Shown here one piece after another: positions 1-11,160 of a stretch of DNA of 64,000 bases (its first letter is position 1; every line of letters begins with the position of its first letter). Position numbers and translations under genes: made by a program. The stretch lies in the NCBI GenBank assembly GCA_963808625.1, contig CAWEHK010000015.1:14194-78193 (forward strand), in the 5' to 3' direction. Source of the DNA: an uncultured delta proteobacterium (lineage in GTDB: Bacteria; Desulfobacterota; Syntrophobacteria; Syntrophobacterales; Syntrophobacteraceae). The notes under the pieces were generated by a model that saw nothing but the letters and a program-made list of their open reading frames with translations, searched no databases and was not told the origin of the DNA.

Positions 1-1338
1 CTGAAACAGGACCGTGATTCGCTGCCGCAGGTCCTTAATTGGCATCTCGCGCAGGTCAATGCCATCGATTTCGATGGTCCCGCACTGGGGATCGTAAAAC
101 CGGCACAAAAGCTTGAGCAGCGTGGTTTTTCCTGCGCCGTTTCGGCCTACAATGGCGACCATTTGGCCGGCGGAGATCATTACATTGAAATTCTGGAGAG
201 TCCAGCGATCATTTTCCGGATAGCGGAAGGCAATCTCCCTGAAAGAGATCCCCTCTTTGATGTCCTGGGGCGCGGGATGGGGCGCGGCGGGGTCTTGCAG
301 GGTCGGTTCGAGGCTCAGGAATTCGAAAAGGTTTTCGAGGAAGAGGGCATTGCTGTATATTTGTCCAACATTTTCCAGGAGTGATCTCATCATTTGCTGA
401 CCCTGATTGAATGCCTGGTAGAAAAGGGCGAGCTCACCCAGGGTTATGGACTTCAGCAGCGTCCTCCATACCATCCATGCCATGCACGCACCGGTGACCA
501 GAAGGGCCAACAGGCGTGCTCCCAGTTCGTTCAGAGCCAAACTCCGAGCCAATTGCACCCGTTCCCGGCGCAGGCGGCTGCGCACCGTCCGAAAAGCTTC
601 CCGGAAATGCTGCCCCAAGCCAAAAATCCGCAGCTCGGGGGCAGTCTCCTTGGCGGTCAGGACCCAGTCGTAGTACCAGGTGCGGCGTTCATCAGCCGTC
701 CTCCTGACCCACATCTTGTGCTCGCGCAACTTCTGGCGCAAGACCACGAACAGGGCCGGGGCCGTACTTGCGATCAGGGCAACGGGAAGCCAGGGCCCAA
801 AGCTGAGCAGCACGGCAGCCATGGCCAGGAGGGTGGTGCTGCTTTGGAAGAGGTTGCCAAGGTTTTCCATTAAGGCCAGGGGCCGGTACGAGGCTTCAGA
901 ACGGGCGCGGTGGAGGTGGTCATAGAACTCCGGAGAATCATAAAAAGCGAGATCGAGCGCGATCGACTTCTCGTGGATGAGACCCGTGATGTAGTCCCGG
1001 AAAAGCTCTGTCTGGGCGGTTCGGACCCAGCCGCTGAGGCCCTTCAGGGAATCCGCCACAAGCAACACCGCCGCCATCAGAAGCACCAGAATCAAGGATG
1101 GCATAACGTCATCCCAGGATCGTGCCGTTTGAACCGCGGTGGTCAGGCTGTCAACGAGCAGTTTGGTTAGGTACACCGTGGCCACGGGGAGCAATCCCTG
1201 TAAGAGCAGGAGTGTCCCCCAGGCGAGTGCCCAGGAGCGGGTCGCATGCCAGACGAGAACGAGAGCCCGCGACAGGTAGGGAAGTTGGGTCATGGCTTTG
1301 TGGAACTTGGCGGTCAAAGTGGATGGACCTGTGGACAT
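1..1338 (-). CDS. ABC exporter, fused permease/ATP-binding protein (3' end beyond window)
   Basis: Manual translation from ATG 1338 gives MSTGPSTLTAKF...LLLLQGLLPVATVYLTKLLVD (TM domain) and later MVAIVGRNGAGKTTLLKLLCRFYDP (Walker A). Absent from the track because its stop lies outside the window. Confidence 0.9.
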   Translation of the reverse strand, partial: MSTGPSTLTAKFHKAMTQLPYLSRALVLVWHATRSWALAWGTLLLLQGLLPVATVYLTKLLVDSLTTAVQTARSWDDVMPSLILVLLMAAVLLVADSLKGLSGWVRTAQTELFRDYITGLIHEKSIALDLAFYDSPEFYDHLHRARSEASYRPLALMENLGNLFQSSTTLLAMAAVLLSFGPWLPVALIASTAPALFVVLRQKLREHKMWVRRTADERRTWYYDWVLTAKETAPELRIFGLGQHFREAFRTVRSRLRRERVQLARSLALNELGARLLALLVTGACMAWMVWRTLLKSITLGELALFYQAFNQGQQMMRSLLENVGQIYSNALFLENLFEFLSLEPTLQDPAAPHPAPQDIKEGISFREIAFRYPENDRWTLQNFNVMISAGQMVAIVGRNGAGKTTLLKLLCRFYDPQCGTIEIDGIDLREMPIKDLRQRITVLFQ

Positions 1339-1356
1339 ACTGAATCCGGTCGTAGC

Positions 1357-1485
1357 TGTTAGTAATATGGCTCTTGGCTCTTAGCTGTTAGCTCTTAGCT
1401 GTTAGCTCTTAGCTCTTAGCTCTGAGCTGCCTGGCTCTTAGCTCATAGCTCTTAGCGCTTAGGCTTGGTTCTGGCTCTTAGTCCT
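1357..1485. repeat. Degenerate heptamer tandem array (TTAGCTC/TTGGCTC)n
   Basis: ttagctgttagctcttagctgttagctcttagctcttagctc... read directly. Confidence 0.9.
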
Positions 1486-1618
1486 CAATTCTTGGCTTTT
1501 ACCTTTTAACTGGTAGGTCTTGATTCTTAGCTCTTACCACTCGGCTGTTGGCTGTTGGGACTTGGCTTTTTCGCTTTTGGTAAAGCTCCCCTTAATAAAG
1601 TGGGCATTATCCCCGGTC

Positions 1619-1695
1619 GTCATTCCCGCAGGTTCTTGCCGGGAATCCAGAAAGAAAAACCTGGATTCCCGTTGGAAGCATACGGAAAGAATGGC
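1619..1695. repeat. REP-like palindrome (GTCATTCCCGC...GGGAATCCAG / CTGGATTCCCG family)
   Basis: gtcattcccgcaggttcttgccgggaatccag...ctggattcccg; related copies near 6514, 49072, 53026, 53760, 56210. Confidence 0.8.
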
Positions 1696-1901
1696 GTTTG
1701 GATGCCTTTGAGGTTGTGCAAGCATTCGCTGCCATTCTTAGTTCCGGGGTTTGGATTGCAAAGTCAAGGAAAATCTGATGTTTGGTTTTTGGTGAACAGG
1801 GGGGTAACACCTTCGAGACGAAAGGTCCGGCACCCGGTGAAAGTGTTTCCGAATTGGCTGGAAAAATGCTAAACAAAAGCGCGATTAAATCAGATGAAAT
1901 C

Positions 1902-2636
1902 ATGCAGAAAGCGAGGTCGCCCGTGGTTGCCGCATCCCCGTTAAAGGCCCTGATCTTCGACTGTGACGGCGTTCTCGTCGACACGGAACCGCTCCATTAC
2001 CGGGCCTTCCAGGAGGTCCTCGGGCCGCTCGGACTGGGCTTCACGTTCGACCATTATCTTGGGCGCTACATCGGCTTCGACGACCGCGATGCCTTCCTCG
2101 AGGCGTTCAGGGAAGGAGGCCGTGCGCTTGACGATGTGACTCTGGCTGAACTGATTCGCGCGAAAGAGAAGACCCTGCAAGGCATGATCAGGCAGGGGAT
2201 CCCAAGCTTTCCCGGCGTCGTGACGCTGGTTCATGAACTGGCTGCTCACCAGGTCCCGCTGGCGGTAGCATCGGGGGCGCTGCGTCAGGAAGTAGAGGCG
2301 TTCCTTGATGCTCTTGGCCTCGCCGAATATTTCCCGGTGATTGTTGCGGCCAGCGACGTCAACCGGAGCAAGCCCGACCCGGAAACCTACCTCAAAGTGC
2401 TGAGCCGGCTGCAGGAGATGATGCCGGGGGAGGCCCTTAAACCCGGGTGCTGCATTGCCATTGAAGATACGCCGACGGGAATTCAGTCGGCCAAAGAGGC
2501 CGGTCTGTTCGTGATTGGCGTGACCAACTCCTTTGCCGCTGACCAGCTCGATGCTGCGGACCATAAGGTAGCGAGCCTCGAAGAGCTCAATGTTTTCAGG
2601 TTGGCCCAGTTGATTAATCAAAAGAAATCTTCGTAG
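1902..2636 (+). CDS. HAD-superfamily phosphatase (beta-phosphoglucomutase/CbbY-like)
   Basis: IFDCDGVLVDTE, KPDPETY and IAIEDTPTGIQSAKEAG motifs; start at ATG 1902 is my choice. Confidence 0.9.
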   Translation: MQKARSPVVAASPLKALIFDCDGVLVDTEPLHYRAFQEVLGPLGLGFTFDHYLGRYIGFDDRDAFLEAFREGGRALDDVTLAELIRAKEKTLQGMIRQGIPSFPGVVTLVHELAAHQVPLAVASGALRQEVEAFLDALGLAEYFPVIVAASDVNRSKPDPETYLKVLSRLQEMMPGEALKPGCCIAIEDTPTGIQSAKEAGLFVIGVTNSFAADQLDAADHKVASLEELNVFRLAQLINQKKSS

Positions 2637-2657
2637 ATAATTCTCCGGATTACTTTA

Positions 2658-4033
2658 ATGAAATTTGACAAAAGAACAGCGTTTATCTCTTTTTTGCTGA
2701 TGCTGCTGAGCTGGCAAGGACTGTCCTGCGGGGGAGAGGTGCCTTCGGGCCTTCCGTCTCAGCCGCTGACGCTGAAAGAGGCGGTATCCTATGCGCTGAA
2801 CTACAATCGAGGCTATCTTGCCGCCAAACGGGAGGTGGACTCGGTAAGTCAACAGGTGAAGCAGGCGCGCGCCGATTTTTATCCCAAAGTGGACGCCAGT
2901 TACGCCTTCACGAACTGGAAGGATCAACCCTACGCTATTTTTAATGACCTGCAATTCGATACTGCTCCTCAAATGACAATCGCTGGGAACTCGCGCTTAC
3001 CCAGCCCATCTTTACCGGTTTTGCGCTCAGCTCTCAGCTGAACATTGCGAAGATGAACTTGAAGATTTCGGAATATCGCCTGGATGAGACGAGGCTAAAT
3101 ACGGTGCGCGATGTTGAGCGGGGCTTCTGGAATGTGCTGCTTGGCCAGAAATTGTTGCAGGTGACAAGAGACAATGTCAGCAGCCTCGAAGTGCAGCGCC
3201 GGAATGCTCAGGCCAATTTCGATCAGGGACTCGTTGCGCAAAATGATGTGCTCAAAGCTGACGTAGCCCTGGCTCATGCCCGGCAGCGGGAAAGGTCGGC
3301 AACCAAGCAGCTCACCATCCTGAGATCGCGGCTGAACCAACTCCTCGACGTTGACCTTCAGATGATCATCACCCTGCACGAGGAAGAAATTTTCATGGTC
3401 GATGCTCCTCCGCTGGAACGTCTTTATACTTTGGCTGATGAGCGGCGTCCGGAGTATCTCTCCATCGAGACCTCCATCCGGCAGGCCCAGGAGGGCGTCA
3501 TTGCGGCCCGCAGTCGCTATTACCCGCGGCTTTCGGGCTTCGCTCAGTACTATCGGGATGGTGATAACTTCCTGGCTTCAAACAACCCCTTCGCCAATAA
3601 CGAGAATGCCGCCGTGGGATTGCGTGTCGACTGGAACTGGTTTGAAGGGGGAAAGACGGATGCCGCGGAGAAGGAGTATAAATATCGCAAAAAGGCGCTC
3701 GAAGAAAGACGCAGCGAGTTGAAACAGCAGATTCACCTCCAGGTGGAGGATGCCTACGAACAGCTCGGAGTGGCCAGGGAGAACCTCATCACGGCTGAAG
3801 CAGCGCGCCGGCAGGCTGAGGAAAATGAGCGCATGACCACGCTCCAATACCGGGAACAGTTGGTGATTTTCCTGGAAGTGTTGAACGCTCAGGTGCTGCT
3901 GTCCCAGTCACGCGTGGACTACTATGATGCTCTTTACGGTTTCAAGATTGCCTGGGCGGACCTGGAGAGGGCCGTCGGCGGGCCTTTCGTGGAAGATGCC
4001 GCATCGCCGAATGCACCGAGAAAGCAAAAATGA
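2658..4033 (+). CDS. TolC-family outer membrane efflux protein (one frameshift near 2970)
   Basis: Signal peptide, LTLKEAVSYAL, ARADFYPKVD, ARSRYYPRLS, EVLNAQ...ADLERAVG across ORFs 2658-3041 and 3053-4033. Confidence 0.9.
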
Positions 4034-5295
4034 CAGAAAACGGCATGCCGGCCGCAGGGCCGATCGAAAACAGGCGCATCCAAGGCCATCATTTGCGCTG
4101 GTTTGCCCTCGGGGTGATCACCTTTTTCCTGCTTGGCTTCGGCTACTGGTGGGTATTTACGCGGAACCGGGTCAGCACTGACAATGCCTACGTCAAGGCT
4201 GACAGCGCGCAAGTGAGCAGCCGGACGCCGGGAACCGTCCTTCGGGTGTTTGTGGAAAACGACTTTCCGGTGGAACGAGGGCAGGTGCTGGTAGAACTCG
4301 ATCCAGCGGACTACAAAGTCGCATTGGACAAGGCCCAGGCGCAACTGGCTCAGGACGAAGCGGAAGTCCTGGGGGCGGAGGTGGCGGTAGCGCAGATCGA
4401 TCAGCAGACGATGGCCCAGGTCCTGGCTGCGGAGGCTTCTTTGCAGGCTGCGCGGGACAACGAGCTGGAAGCACGCCACCGGATTGACGAGTTGGAGAAC
4501 CGGCAAGTCGCTGCTTCCGCAGATTTGTCGCTGACCAAAAAAGATTTTGAACGCTTCGAAAACCTCTACCGCCAGGGGGCTGTTCCAGAACGTCAGCAGG
4601 ATCAGGCGCGAAACGCTTTCAGCAAAGCGAAAGCGCAGTCAGGGGCAACGGAGGCGCAACGGGCGGCGGCGCGCGCGGCGCTGGCGGCGGCCACCGAGAG
4701 CGTCGGCCGCGCCCGGGCACAACGGGACGCGGCTCAGAGCGAGCGCGCTAACGTTGAAATTCAGCGCTACCGGGTTGCCGGTCTCAAGGGCAAGCGCGAT
4801 AAATCCAGGGCCGAAGTGGAAGCAGCCCGACTGAATCTCTCCTATTGCACTGTCAACGCGCCGATTGCCGGGGTGATTGCCCAGAAGAACATCCAGGTGG
4901 GCGACCGTGTCCAGCCCGGGCAGGCGCTCATGGCCGTGGTCCCCCTGCAGGAAATTTATGTGGAAGCGAATTTCAAAGAGACGCAACTGACTGGCGTCCG
5001 TTTGGGGCAACCGGCAAGAATTAAGGCCGATGTCTATCCCGGGTATTCCTATCAAGGCCGGGTGATCGGAGTGCGCGCTGGAACCGGGGCGGCTTTCTCG
5101 CTGCTTCCTGCGGAGAATGCCACCGGCAATTGGATCAAGGTGGTGCAGCGCGTACCCGTCAAAATTCAGTTTGACGATCCGGTGCCCCCGAATCATCCCT
5201 TGGTTGTGGGGATGTCCCTGGAGGTGACCATTGATACCTCGGACAAAAGGGGCAGCATGCTTATGAGCCAGTCGCGAGCAGGAAGTAAGCAGTAG
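4030..5295 (+). CDS. HlyD/EmrA-type membrane fusion protein
   Basis: N-terminal TM, STDNAYV, coiled coil, EANFKETQL, FSLLPAENATGNWIKVVQRVPVKI. Confidence 0.95.
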   Translation: MTENGMPAAGPIENRRIQGHHLRWFALGVITFFLLGFGYWWVFTRNRVSTDNAYVKADSAQVSSRTPGTVLRVFVENDFPVERGQVLVELDPADYKVALDKAQAQLAQDEAEVLGAEVAVAQIDQQTMAQVLAAEASLQAARDNELEARHRIDELENRQVAASADLSLTKKDFERFENLYRQGAVPERQQDQARNAFSKAKAQSGATEAQRAAARAALAAATESVGRARAQRDAAQSERANVEIQRYRVAGLKGKRDKSRAEVEAARLNLSYCTVNAPIAGVIAQKNIQVGDRVQPGQALMAVVPLQEIYVEANFKETQLTGVRLGQPARIKADVYPGYSYQGRVIGVRAGTGAAFSLLPAENATGNWIKVVQRVPVKIQFDDPVPPNHPLVVGMSLEVTIDTSDKRGSMLMSQSRAGSKQ

Positions 5296-5695
5296 GAAGT
5301 AAGCAGCATGGAATAAGGAGCGGGAGCAACGGCATTTTATGAAAAGCAGCAGCAGGCGATCGGAACGCCCTGTGCGAGCGAATTATGTGCAGTAACCAAG
5401 ATTCGTTCTGACAGTTGATCGAACGGAGCTAAAACCAGTCCGGACAGTGGCTGTGGTTTTGACTGAATCGGTTTATACAACTGAAACGCAAAGAAAATGC
5501 AGATAGAGAATTTGAATCTTGAACTTTTAGCGATTTGGTTTTTGGCTCTTCAAGGCAGGCATAGGCAATTTTCAAAGATGATGCTTCTCATCACTTGGTA
5601 AGAAATCGGCACGTAAATCTCCTTGACCGCATCTCCTTGACAGCATCCGGGACAGGTGCTACCCAAAAGCCACCAAAAAGCAATTTGCTATCACC

Positions 5696-6035
5696 GAATG
5701 GCTGAAAGCCGAAGGCGATGAAGCATACATTGGTGTTAACGATTTTGCCCAGAGCGAATTAGGCGACATTGTATTTATTGAAATGAAAACCGTAGATGAG
5801 GAATTGTCCTAAGGCGAATCGTTCGCCACGATTGAAGCTGTCAAGACTGTATCCGATTTGTTTCTGCCAGTTTCCGGGGAAGTGTTGGAGTTTGGCCGGT
5901 ATCTTAACACCAATTCTGAACTTTAACCATGATCCCTACGGAAAAGGTTGGATTGTGAAGATCGGGATGGCGGATAAGGCCGAAATGGCTGAGCTTTTCA
6001 CGCCCGCAAGGTACACTGAACTCCTTGGTGGATAG
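5696..6035 (+). pseudogene. gcvH: Glycine cleavage H protein remnant (5'-truncated, in-frame TAA 5810-5812, frameshift)
   Basis: [29 protein letters not shown]...[25 protein letters not shown]...NHDPYGKGWIVKI. Confidence 0.85.
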
Positions 6036-6060
6036 AACCAGACAGGTAAATGCATCCCGC

Positions 6061-6489
6061 ATGATTATTTTCAAGCATTTCTGGCCTGCAGTGTTATGGG
6101 CACTTTTGGTGCTTATTTTAACGGGTTTGCCCGGTAATTATTTCCCAGAGGTGCCTACGTTCTGGGACCTTCTGGAGCCCGATAAAATAGTCCATATTTT
6201 TATTTTTGGTGTTTTTACGGTGTTGATGGCATTAGGGTTAACCCGGCACTACGGAAAGCTTCGTTCTGCTTCTGCAATAACCACTCAGGCCATTGGAACA
6301 GGGATAGCCTATGGCGCTATCACGGAATTATTACAAGGTTATGTCTTTATCGGACGGACGGCCAGTATCTACGATTTCATTGCTAACAGCGTGGGTTGTC
6401 TTGCAGGTTATCTGCTTTTCAAGCTAGTTCTTTTAAAATATTTTCCGAATAGTGCTAAACTTCAGCCAGGCGAAGCCAAGGCTCATTGA
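6061..6489 (+). CDS. VanZ-family membrane protein
   Basis: DKIVHIFIFGV, YGAITELLQG, GRTASIYDFIANSVG. Confidence 0.9.
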   Translation: MIIFKHFWPAVLWALLVLILTGLPGNYFPEVPTFWDLLEPDKIVHIFIFGVFTVLMALGLTRHYGKLRSASAITTQAIGTGIAYGAITELLQGYVFIGRTASIYDFIANSVGCLAGYLLFKLVLLKYFPNSAKLQPGEAKAH

Positions 6490-6513
6490 TGTTAAGTAAA
6501 ACCCCTTAATCTA

Positions 6514-6596
6514 TTATTCTCGCACGGTTTTAAGCGGGAATCCAGCTTGTAAAAGGTCAAAACCTGGATTCCCGACAGAACCTTTCGGGAATGACG
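6514..6596. repeat. REP-like palindrome doublet
   Basis: attctcgc...gcgggaatccag...ctggattcccga...tcgggaatgac. Confidence 0.75.
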
Positions 6597-7012
6597 GTTG
6601 ATTATGTGCACCGCTGAAGACTGACGCTAATCGGAAAATTTGATATAGCTTGCCATACCCTGCAATAATTCAATATACCGTTCGGCTATCTGTAGGTTTC
6701 CCAATATTTTCGGATTTAACGGCTTGGATGACCAACAGGTGTCGGATGAAGTGGGAATGCAGACAAAATGCCTGGTTGATCAAGTCTCAGCCACTGCAAA
6801 TTATGACAAGATGCCTCGCCTTCGCTTTTCGAAGTGTAATCACGCTCTCATAAGGATGATCGTGTTGGCAATCAGGGATGAGATCCTGCATTCTCGAACG
6901 CGGGCAAGAATGCCCGCGCTCCCAAAACGCAAAGGCTCAGGAACGAAGTTTCTCATCCTCAAGAAGCATAGCATCGCAACCTCGCCAGATTCCCCTCTTC
7001 CCCCTTCCAAAT

Positions 7013-7102
7013 CCTTACTCCCTACCCCCTACTCCCTACTCCTTACTCCCTACTCCCTACTCCTTACTCCTTACTCCTTACTCCCTACTCCTTACTCCCT
7101 AC
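7013..7102. repeat. Heptamer tandem array (CTACTCC/TTACTCC)n
   Basis: ccttactccctaccccctactccctactccttactcc... immediately 3' of the minus-strand beta-CASP gene. Confidence 0.95.
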
Positions 7103-8705
7103 CCTCTTCTCTTCCCGCTTCCCTCATGACGGCATCGAGCCGTGCTTCCGTCCGCGCGAGCTCGGCTTCCACCTTCGTCCACAGTGCGCTGCTTGTTTCG
7201 GGAGGAGATGCCGCCAGCAATCCTTGCAGCGCCTTGGCTTTCTGCGCCAACCGGGAGAGCAGTTCTTCCGCTTGGGACCCTGCCTGGGCAGCAGGGACAG
7301 GCGCCACCTGTCCGGGGCGGAGCGCGATGACTTCGCCGAGGGCCGGGACATGCGCGGAAAGCCCCAAACGATCATTTACCAGTACGGCAAAGCTTTCACT
7401 GACGTCCGGCTCCCCGTGAATGACATAAACCTGCATCTTCGGATTTTCAAAATGAGCGAGCCAGTCGAGCAACACCGCCTGGTCCGCATGGGCGGAAAAA
7501 CCGCCAATGGTGAAAACCCTCGCGCGCACGGAAATTTTTTCACCATAAATCTTGACCGTCCGGTCGCCCTCGACAAGCCTTCGGCCAAGGCTTCCAGCCG
7601 CCTGAAAACCGACAATCACCAGGGATACCCCCTGGCGCCACAGATTGTGTTTCAGGTGATGTTTGATGCGTCCCGCCGTGCACATGCCGTTGCCGGCAAT
7701 GACAATGGCCGGCCCCGCAGTCTCGTTGATTGCTATTGATTCTTCCGCCGTCCGGGACAGAACCAGTTGCGGAAAGGTGAACGGATCACGCCCCTTCTGT
7801 ACCATCTCCGTGGCCGCTTCATCGTAGTAATCCTGCATGCGCCGGAAGATTTCGGTTGCGGCAATGGCCAGGGGGCTGTCCAGGTAAACCGGCATCGATG
7901 GGATCAGACCGTCCCGGAAAAACTCGCCGATGACATAGAGCAGCTCCTGCGTCCGTTCGACGGCAAAAGCGGGAATAATCACCTTTTCCCGATGTTGATA
8001 GCTGAAGCGAATCGCTTCGAGGAGCTCCGCGCGGCTCTCCTCCAGGGACTTGTGATTGCGGTTTCCGTAGGTCGATTCGACCAGCACGGTATCGGCAGTG
8101 AGAATGGACTGCGGGTCCTGGACGATGAGCTGGTCTTTGCGGCCCAGGTCGCCCGAGAAGACGACCTTATGGGCGGTCGCCGGCGGGCCGCTCCACACTT
8201 CGAGAATTGACGACCCCAGGATATGGCCGGCATTGCGAAAGCACACGCCCAGCCCGGAATCAACCTGGATCAGCTCGTCTCTTGGGATGGCTTCAAAGAG
8301 CGGGAAACAGGCCTCGGCATCTTTCGTCGTGTACAGGGGCGTGACCTCGGGATTGCCCTGGCGGCGATTCTTCCGGGTCTGGAGCTCGGCTTCCATTTCC
8401 TGAATGTGGGCGGAATCCAGGAGCAGGATCTTGGTGAGCTCAGCGGTGGGCAGGGTGGTGTAGATTCTTCCGCGGAACCCGTCCCGAACCAGTTTTGGCA
8501 AACGGCCGCAGTGATCGATGTGGGCATGGGTAAGGAACACGGCGGAAATATCGCCGGGACGGAACCCCCATGGGTCGCGATTGCGCCTTTCCATTTCCTT
8601 CCCGCCTTGAAACATTCCGCAGTCAATCAAATACTTCCTGCCGTTATCCAGAAGAAAACAGGACCCCGTTACACAACGAGCGGCGCCAAGGCATGTGATT
8701 TCCAT
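7092..8705 (-). CDS. MBL-fold beta-CASP ribonuclease (YSH1/TTHA0252-like)
   Basis: THAHIDHCGRLP, AGHILGS, FSGDLG, VESTYG, FSAHAD, HGE motifs. Confidence 0.95.
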   Translation of the reverse strand: MEITCLGAARCVTGSCFLLDNGRKYLIDCGMFQGGKEMERRNRDPWGFRPGDISAVFLTHAHIDHCGRLPKLVRDGFRGRIYTTLPTAELTKILLLDSAHIQEMEAELQTRKNRRQGNPEVTPLYTTKDAEACFPLFEAIPRDELIQVDSGLGVCFRNAGHILGSSILEVWSGPPATAHKVVFSGDLGRKDQLIVQDPQSILTADTVLVESTYGNRNHKSLEESRAELLEAIRFSYQHREKVIIPAFAVERTQELLYVIGEFFRDGLIPSMPVYLDSPLAIAATEIFRRMQDYYDEAATEMVQKGRDPFTFPQLVLSRTAEESIAINETAGPAIVIAGNGMCTAGRIKHHLKHNLWRQGVSLVIVGFQAAGSLGRRLVEGDRTVKIYGEKISVRARVFTIGGFSAHADQAVLLDWLAHFENPKMQVYVIHGEPDVSESFAVLVNDRLGLSAHVPALGEVIALRPGQVAPVPAAQAGSQAEELLSRLAQKAKALQGLLAASPPETSSALWTKVEAELARTEARLDAVMREAGREEGRE

Positions 8706-9138
8706 AAGGTACCCTTTCTTTTAAGGTGCAATGCAGTCAGGCAAGTAGCTATAATCTAGCAGATTCCCACGTATACTTGGGCGAAAATTCGTCGGGGTGT
8801 TGGTGGGCACTGATCAAGCTGCGCCCACCCTACACTGCTTGAGGTTCGGAGGCGTTCGCAGGGTGGGCACGTCACGTTGCCATCACCGCAACCGCGCAGG
8901 TACTCACGCCGAAGTGTACTTGTGCTTTCCCAAGGCGGTGGCGCCTCCTGCAAGGTTGACGATCAGCCTGTCCTGTTGTACGGTATGATTACACTTATCG
9001 ATACGGACCTCAGGGAATTTTCTGGATGTGAGAGCTCAGTCCCGTGTCAACCATGTTGCTCGGGGATGGCCTTGGAGGACATCTTGGAAAGCTCGCACGC
9101 AAAGATACTTTCTCGTATATCAAAGGAAAGGGCTCAGC

Positions 9139-10998
9139 ATGAAACTGCTTGTCGATGAGCGGGACGTAAAGTTTGTCCTTCACGAACAACTGCGCATTGA
9201 AGAGCTGTGCAAATATCCGAGGTACAGCAGCTTCTCTCAGGATCTCTTCGACATGGTGCTGGAAGAAGCCGGGAAACTGGCTGAGAAGGAATTCTACCCC
9301 GCCAACCGGGAGGGCGACCGGCAGGGGTGCCGCTTCGAGGACGGGCAGGTGCGAGTCCCGGAGGCGTTCCACCAGGCTTATGACCGGTATCGCGAGGGGG
9401 GATGGCTGCCCATAAGCGACCCGCCGGAAGTGGGAGGGCAGGGGTTTCCGGTGGTCCTGGGCCATTCCTGCATCGAGATTTTTGGGGCGGCCAACTGGGC
9501 GCTCTTGATGTATCCGGGGCTGACTCACGGCGCCGGGCGCCTGCTTGAGCAATACGGGACTCCCGAACAGCAGGAACAGTTCATGTTTAAACTCTTTTCC
9601 GGCGAATGGTCCGGGACCATGTGCCTCACCGAACCGCAGGCGGGAACCGATGTGGGGAATCTGCGCACGAGGGCCACGCGGCTCGATGATGGCACGTACA
9701 AGATATCCGGGCAAAAGATTTTCATTTCGGCGGGAATGCATGACCTGAGCGAAAATATCGTGCACATGGTGCTGGCGCGAATCGATGGGGCCCCGAAGGG
9801 AGTAAGGGGGATTTCCATCTTTATTGTGCCCCGGCTGCGCTACGGCGAGGATGGGGGGCTCGTGGACAATGACGTTGCCTGTGCCGGGATCGAGCACAAA
9901 CTGGGCATTCACGGGTGCGCGACCTGCACCCTCAACTTTGGTGAGAAGGGCGCCTGCATCGGTTATCTGCTGGGGAAAGAAAATACCGGCATGCGCATCA
10001 TGTTCGAGATGATGAACGAAGCGCGGCTCTTTGTCGGCATGCAGGGCCTGAGCCATGCCAGCACGGCCTATCTGCATGCGCTTGCAATATGCCAAGGAAC
10101 GGCTGCAGGGAGCCTCGGCGGAACGGATGAAGGATCCGGAAGCGCCGCGGGTACCCATTATTCACCACCCCGATGTGCGGCGGATGCTGATGTTTATGAA
10201 GAGCAGCACCGAGGGCATGCGGGCGCTGCTCTACCTGCGGCCTACTGCGTCGATCGGGTGCGGGCTGCGCCATCGGAGGAAGAAAGAGAGCGCTTCCAGG
10301 GACATGTGGACCTCTTGATTCCCATCTGCAAGGCGGTCGGGAGCGATCTGGGGTTTCGCGTCTGCGAGACGGCGATCCAGGTCTACGGGGGATATGGATA
10401 CATCAGCGACTATCCCGTCGAACAGTTCCTGAGGGATTGCAAGATTGCGTCCATCTACGAAGGAACCAACGGCATCCAGGCCCTCGATCTGGTCGGTAGA
10501 AAACTGACCTACAAGCGCGGCCAGCTCTTCAAGAACGGCCTTGCCGCGATGACCGAAATCCTTGAAAAAATCAAGAAGAACTTCAATCTGCGCGACCTGG
10601 TGCAAATCTATGAAGAGGCGCAGGAGAGCATCATTCAGGTGACCAAGTTTTTCGCCCTGAAAGGGATGACGGACGACTTCGAGGTGCCGTTGCTGTATGC
10701 GAAACCCTACCTGGATCTGTGCGGCGATGGGGCGATGGGATTTCTGCTCCTCTGGCAGGCGCACCTGGCCGACCGCAGGCTCCAGGAAATTTACCGCGAT
10801 CATCGTGCCCAGGACGCGAAGGCCCAGGCTGAAATCCTGGCAACCAACCGGAGCGCCGCTTTCTATTTTGGCAAGATTGCGTCGGCGCGCTTCTTCATCA
10901 ACCAGGTTTTGACCCTGACCCATGGCCGCGCCCGGGCCATCATGAACAACGACAAGTCGGCGTTGGAGATTCCTGAGCATGGATTTGCTTTGGGGTAG
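9139..10998 (+). CDS. Acyl-CoA dehydrogenase (compensating frameshifts ~10085-10235)
   Basis: [53 protein letters not shown]; the missing middle segment lies in frame 10055-10318. Confidence 0.95.
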   Translation: MKLLVDERDVKFVLHEQLRIEELCKYPRYSSFSQDLFDMVLEEAGKLAEKEFYPANREGDRQGCRFEDGQVRVPEAFHQAYDRYREGGWLPISDPPEVGGQGFPVVLGHSCIEIFGAANWALLMYPGLTHGAGRLLEQYGTPEQQEQFMFKLFSGEWSGTMCLTEPQAGTDVGNLRTRATRLDDGTYKISGQKIFISAGMHDLSENIVHMVLARIDGAPKGVRGISIFIVPRLRYGEDGGLVDNDVACAGIEHKLGIHGCATCTLNFGEKGACIGYLLGKENTGMRIMFEMMNEARLFVGMQGLSHASTAYLHALAICQGTAAGSLGGTDEGSGSAAGTHYSPPRCAADADVYEEQHRGHAGAALPAAYCVDRVRAAPSEEERERFQGHVDLLIPICKAVGSDLGFRVCETAIQVYGGYGYISDYPVEQFLRDCKIASIYEGTNGIQALDLVGRKLTYKRGQLFKNGLAAMTEILEKIKKNFNLRDLVQIYEEAQESIIQVTKFFALKGMTDDFEVPLLYAKPYLDLCGDGAMGFLLLWQAHLADRRLQEIYRDHRAQDAKAQAEILATNRSAAFYFGKIASARFFINQVLTLTHGRARAIMNNDKSALEIPEHGFALG

Positions 10999-11104
10999 TT
11001 GATGGATGATGGTTGATGGATGATAGTTATAGTTTTGATGGTTGATGGTTGATGGTTGATGGATGATAGATGATAGTTGATGGTTGATAGTTGATGGATG
11101 ATGG
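10998..11104. repeat. Heptamer tandem array (TTGATGG/TAGATGA)n
   Basis: ttgatggttgatggttgatggttgatggatgatagatgatag... Confidence 0.95.
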
Positions 11105-11160
11105 TTGCGCGCAGTCATATTGGTCGCCAAGAGCCAAGAGCTTCTTTGAGGAGAGTTTTC

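Noticed and set aside
163..1343. Plus-strand ORFs at the window start
   Set aside because: Antisense shadows of the minus-strand ABC exporter.
6724..7419. 231-aa ORF with LLPTPYS repeats
   Set aside because: Translation of the heptamer array plus the antisense of the beta-CASP gene.
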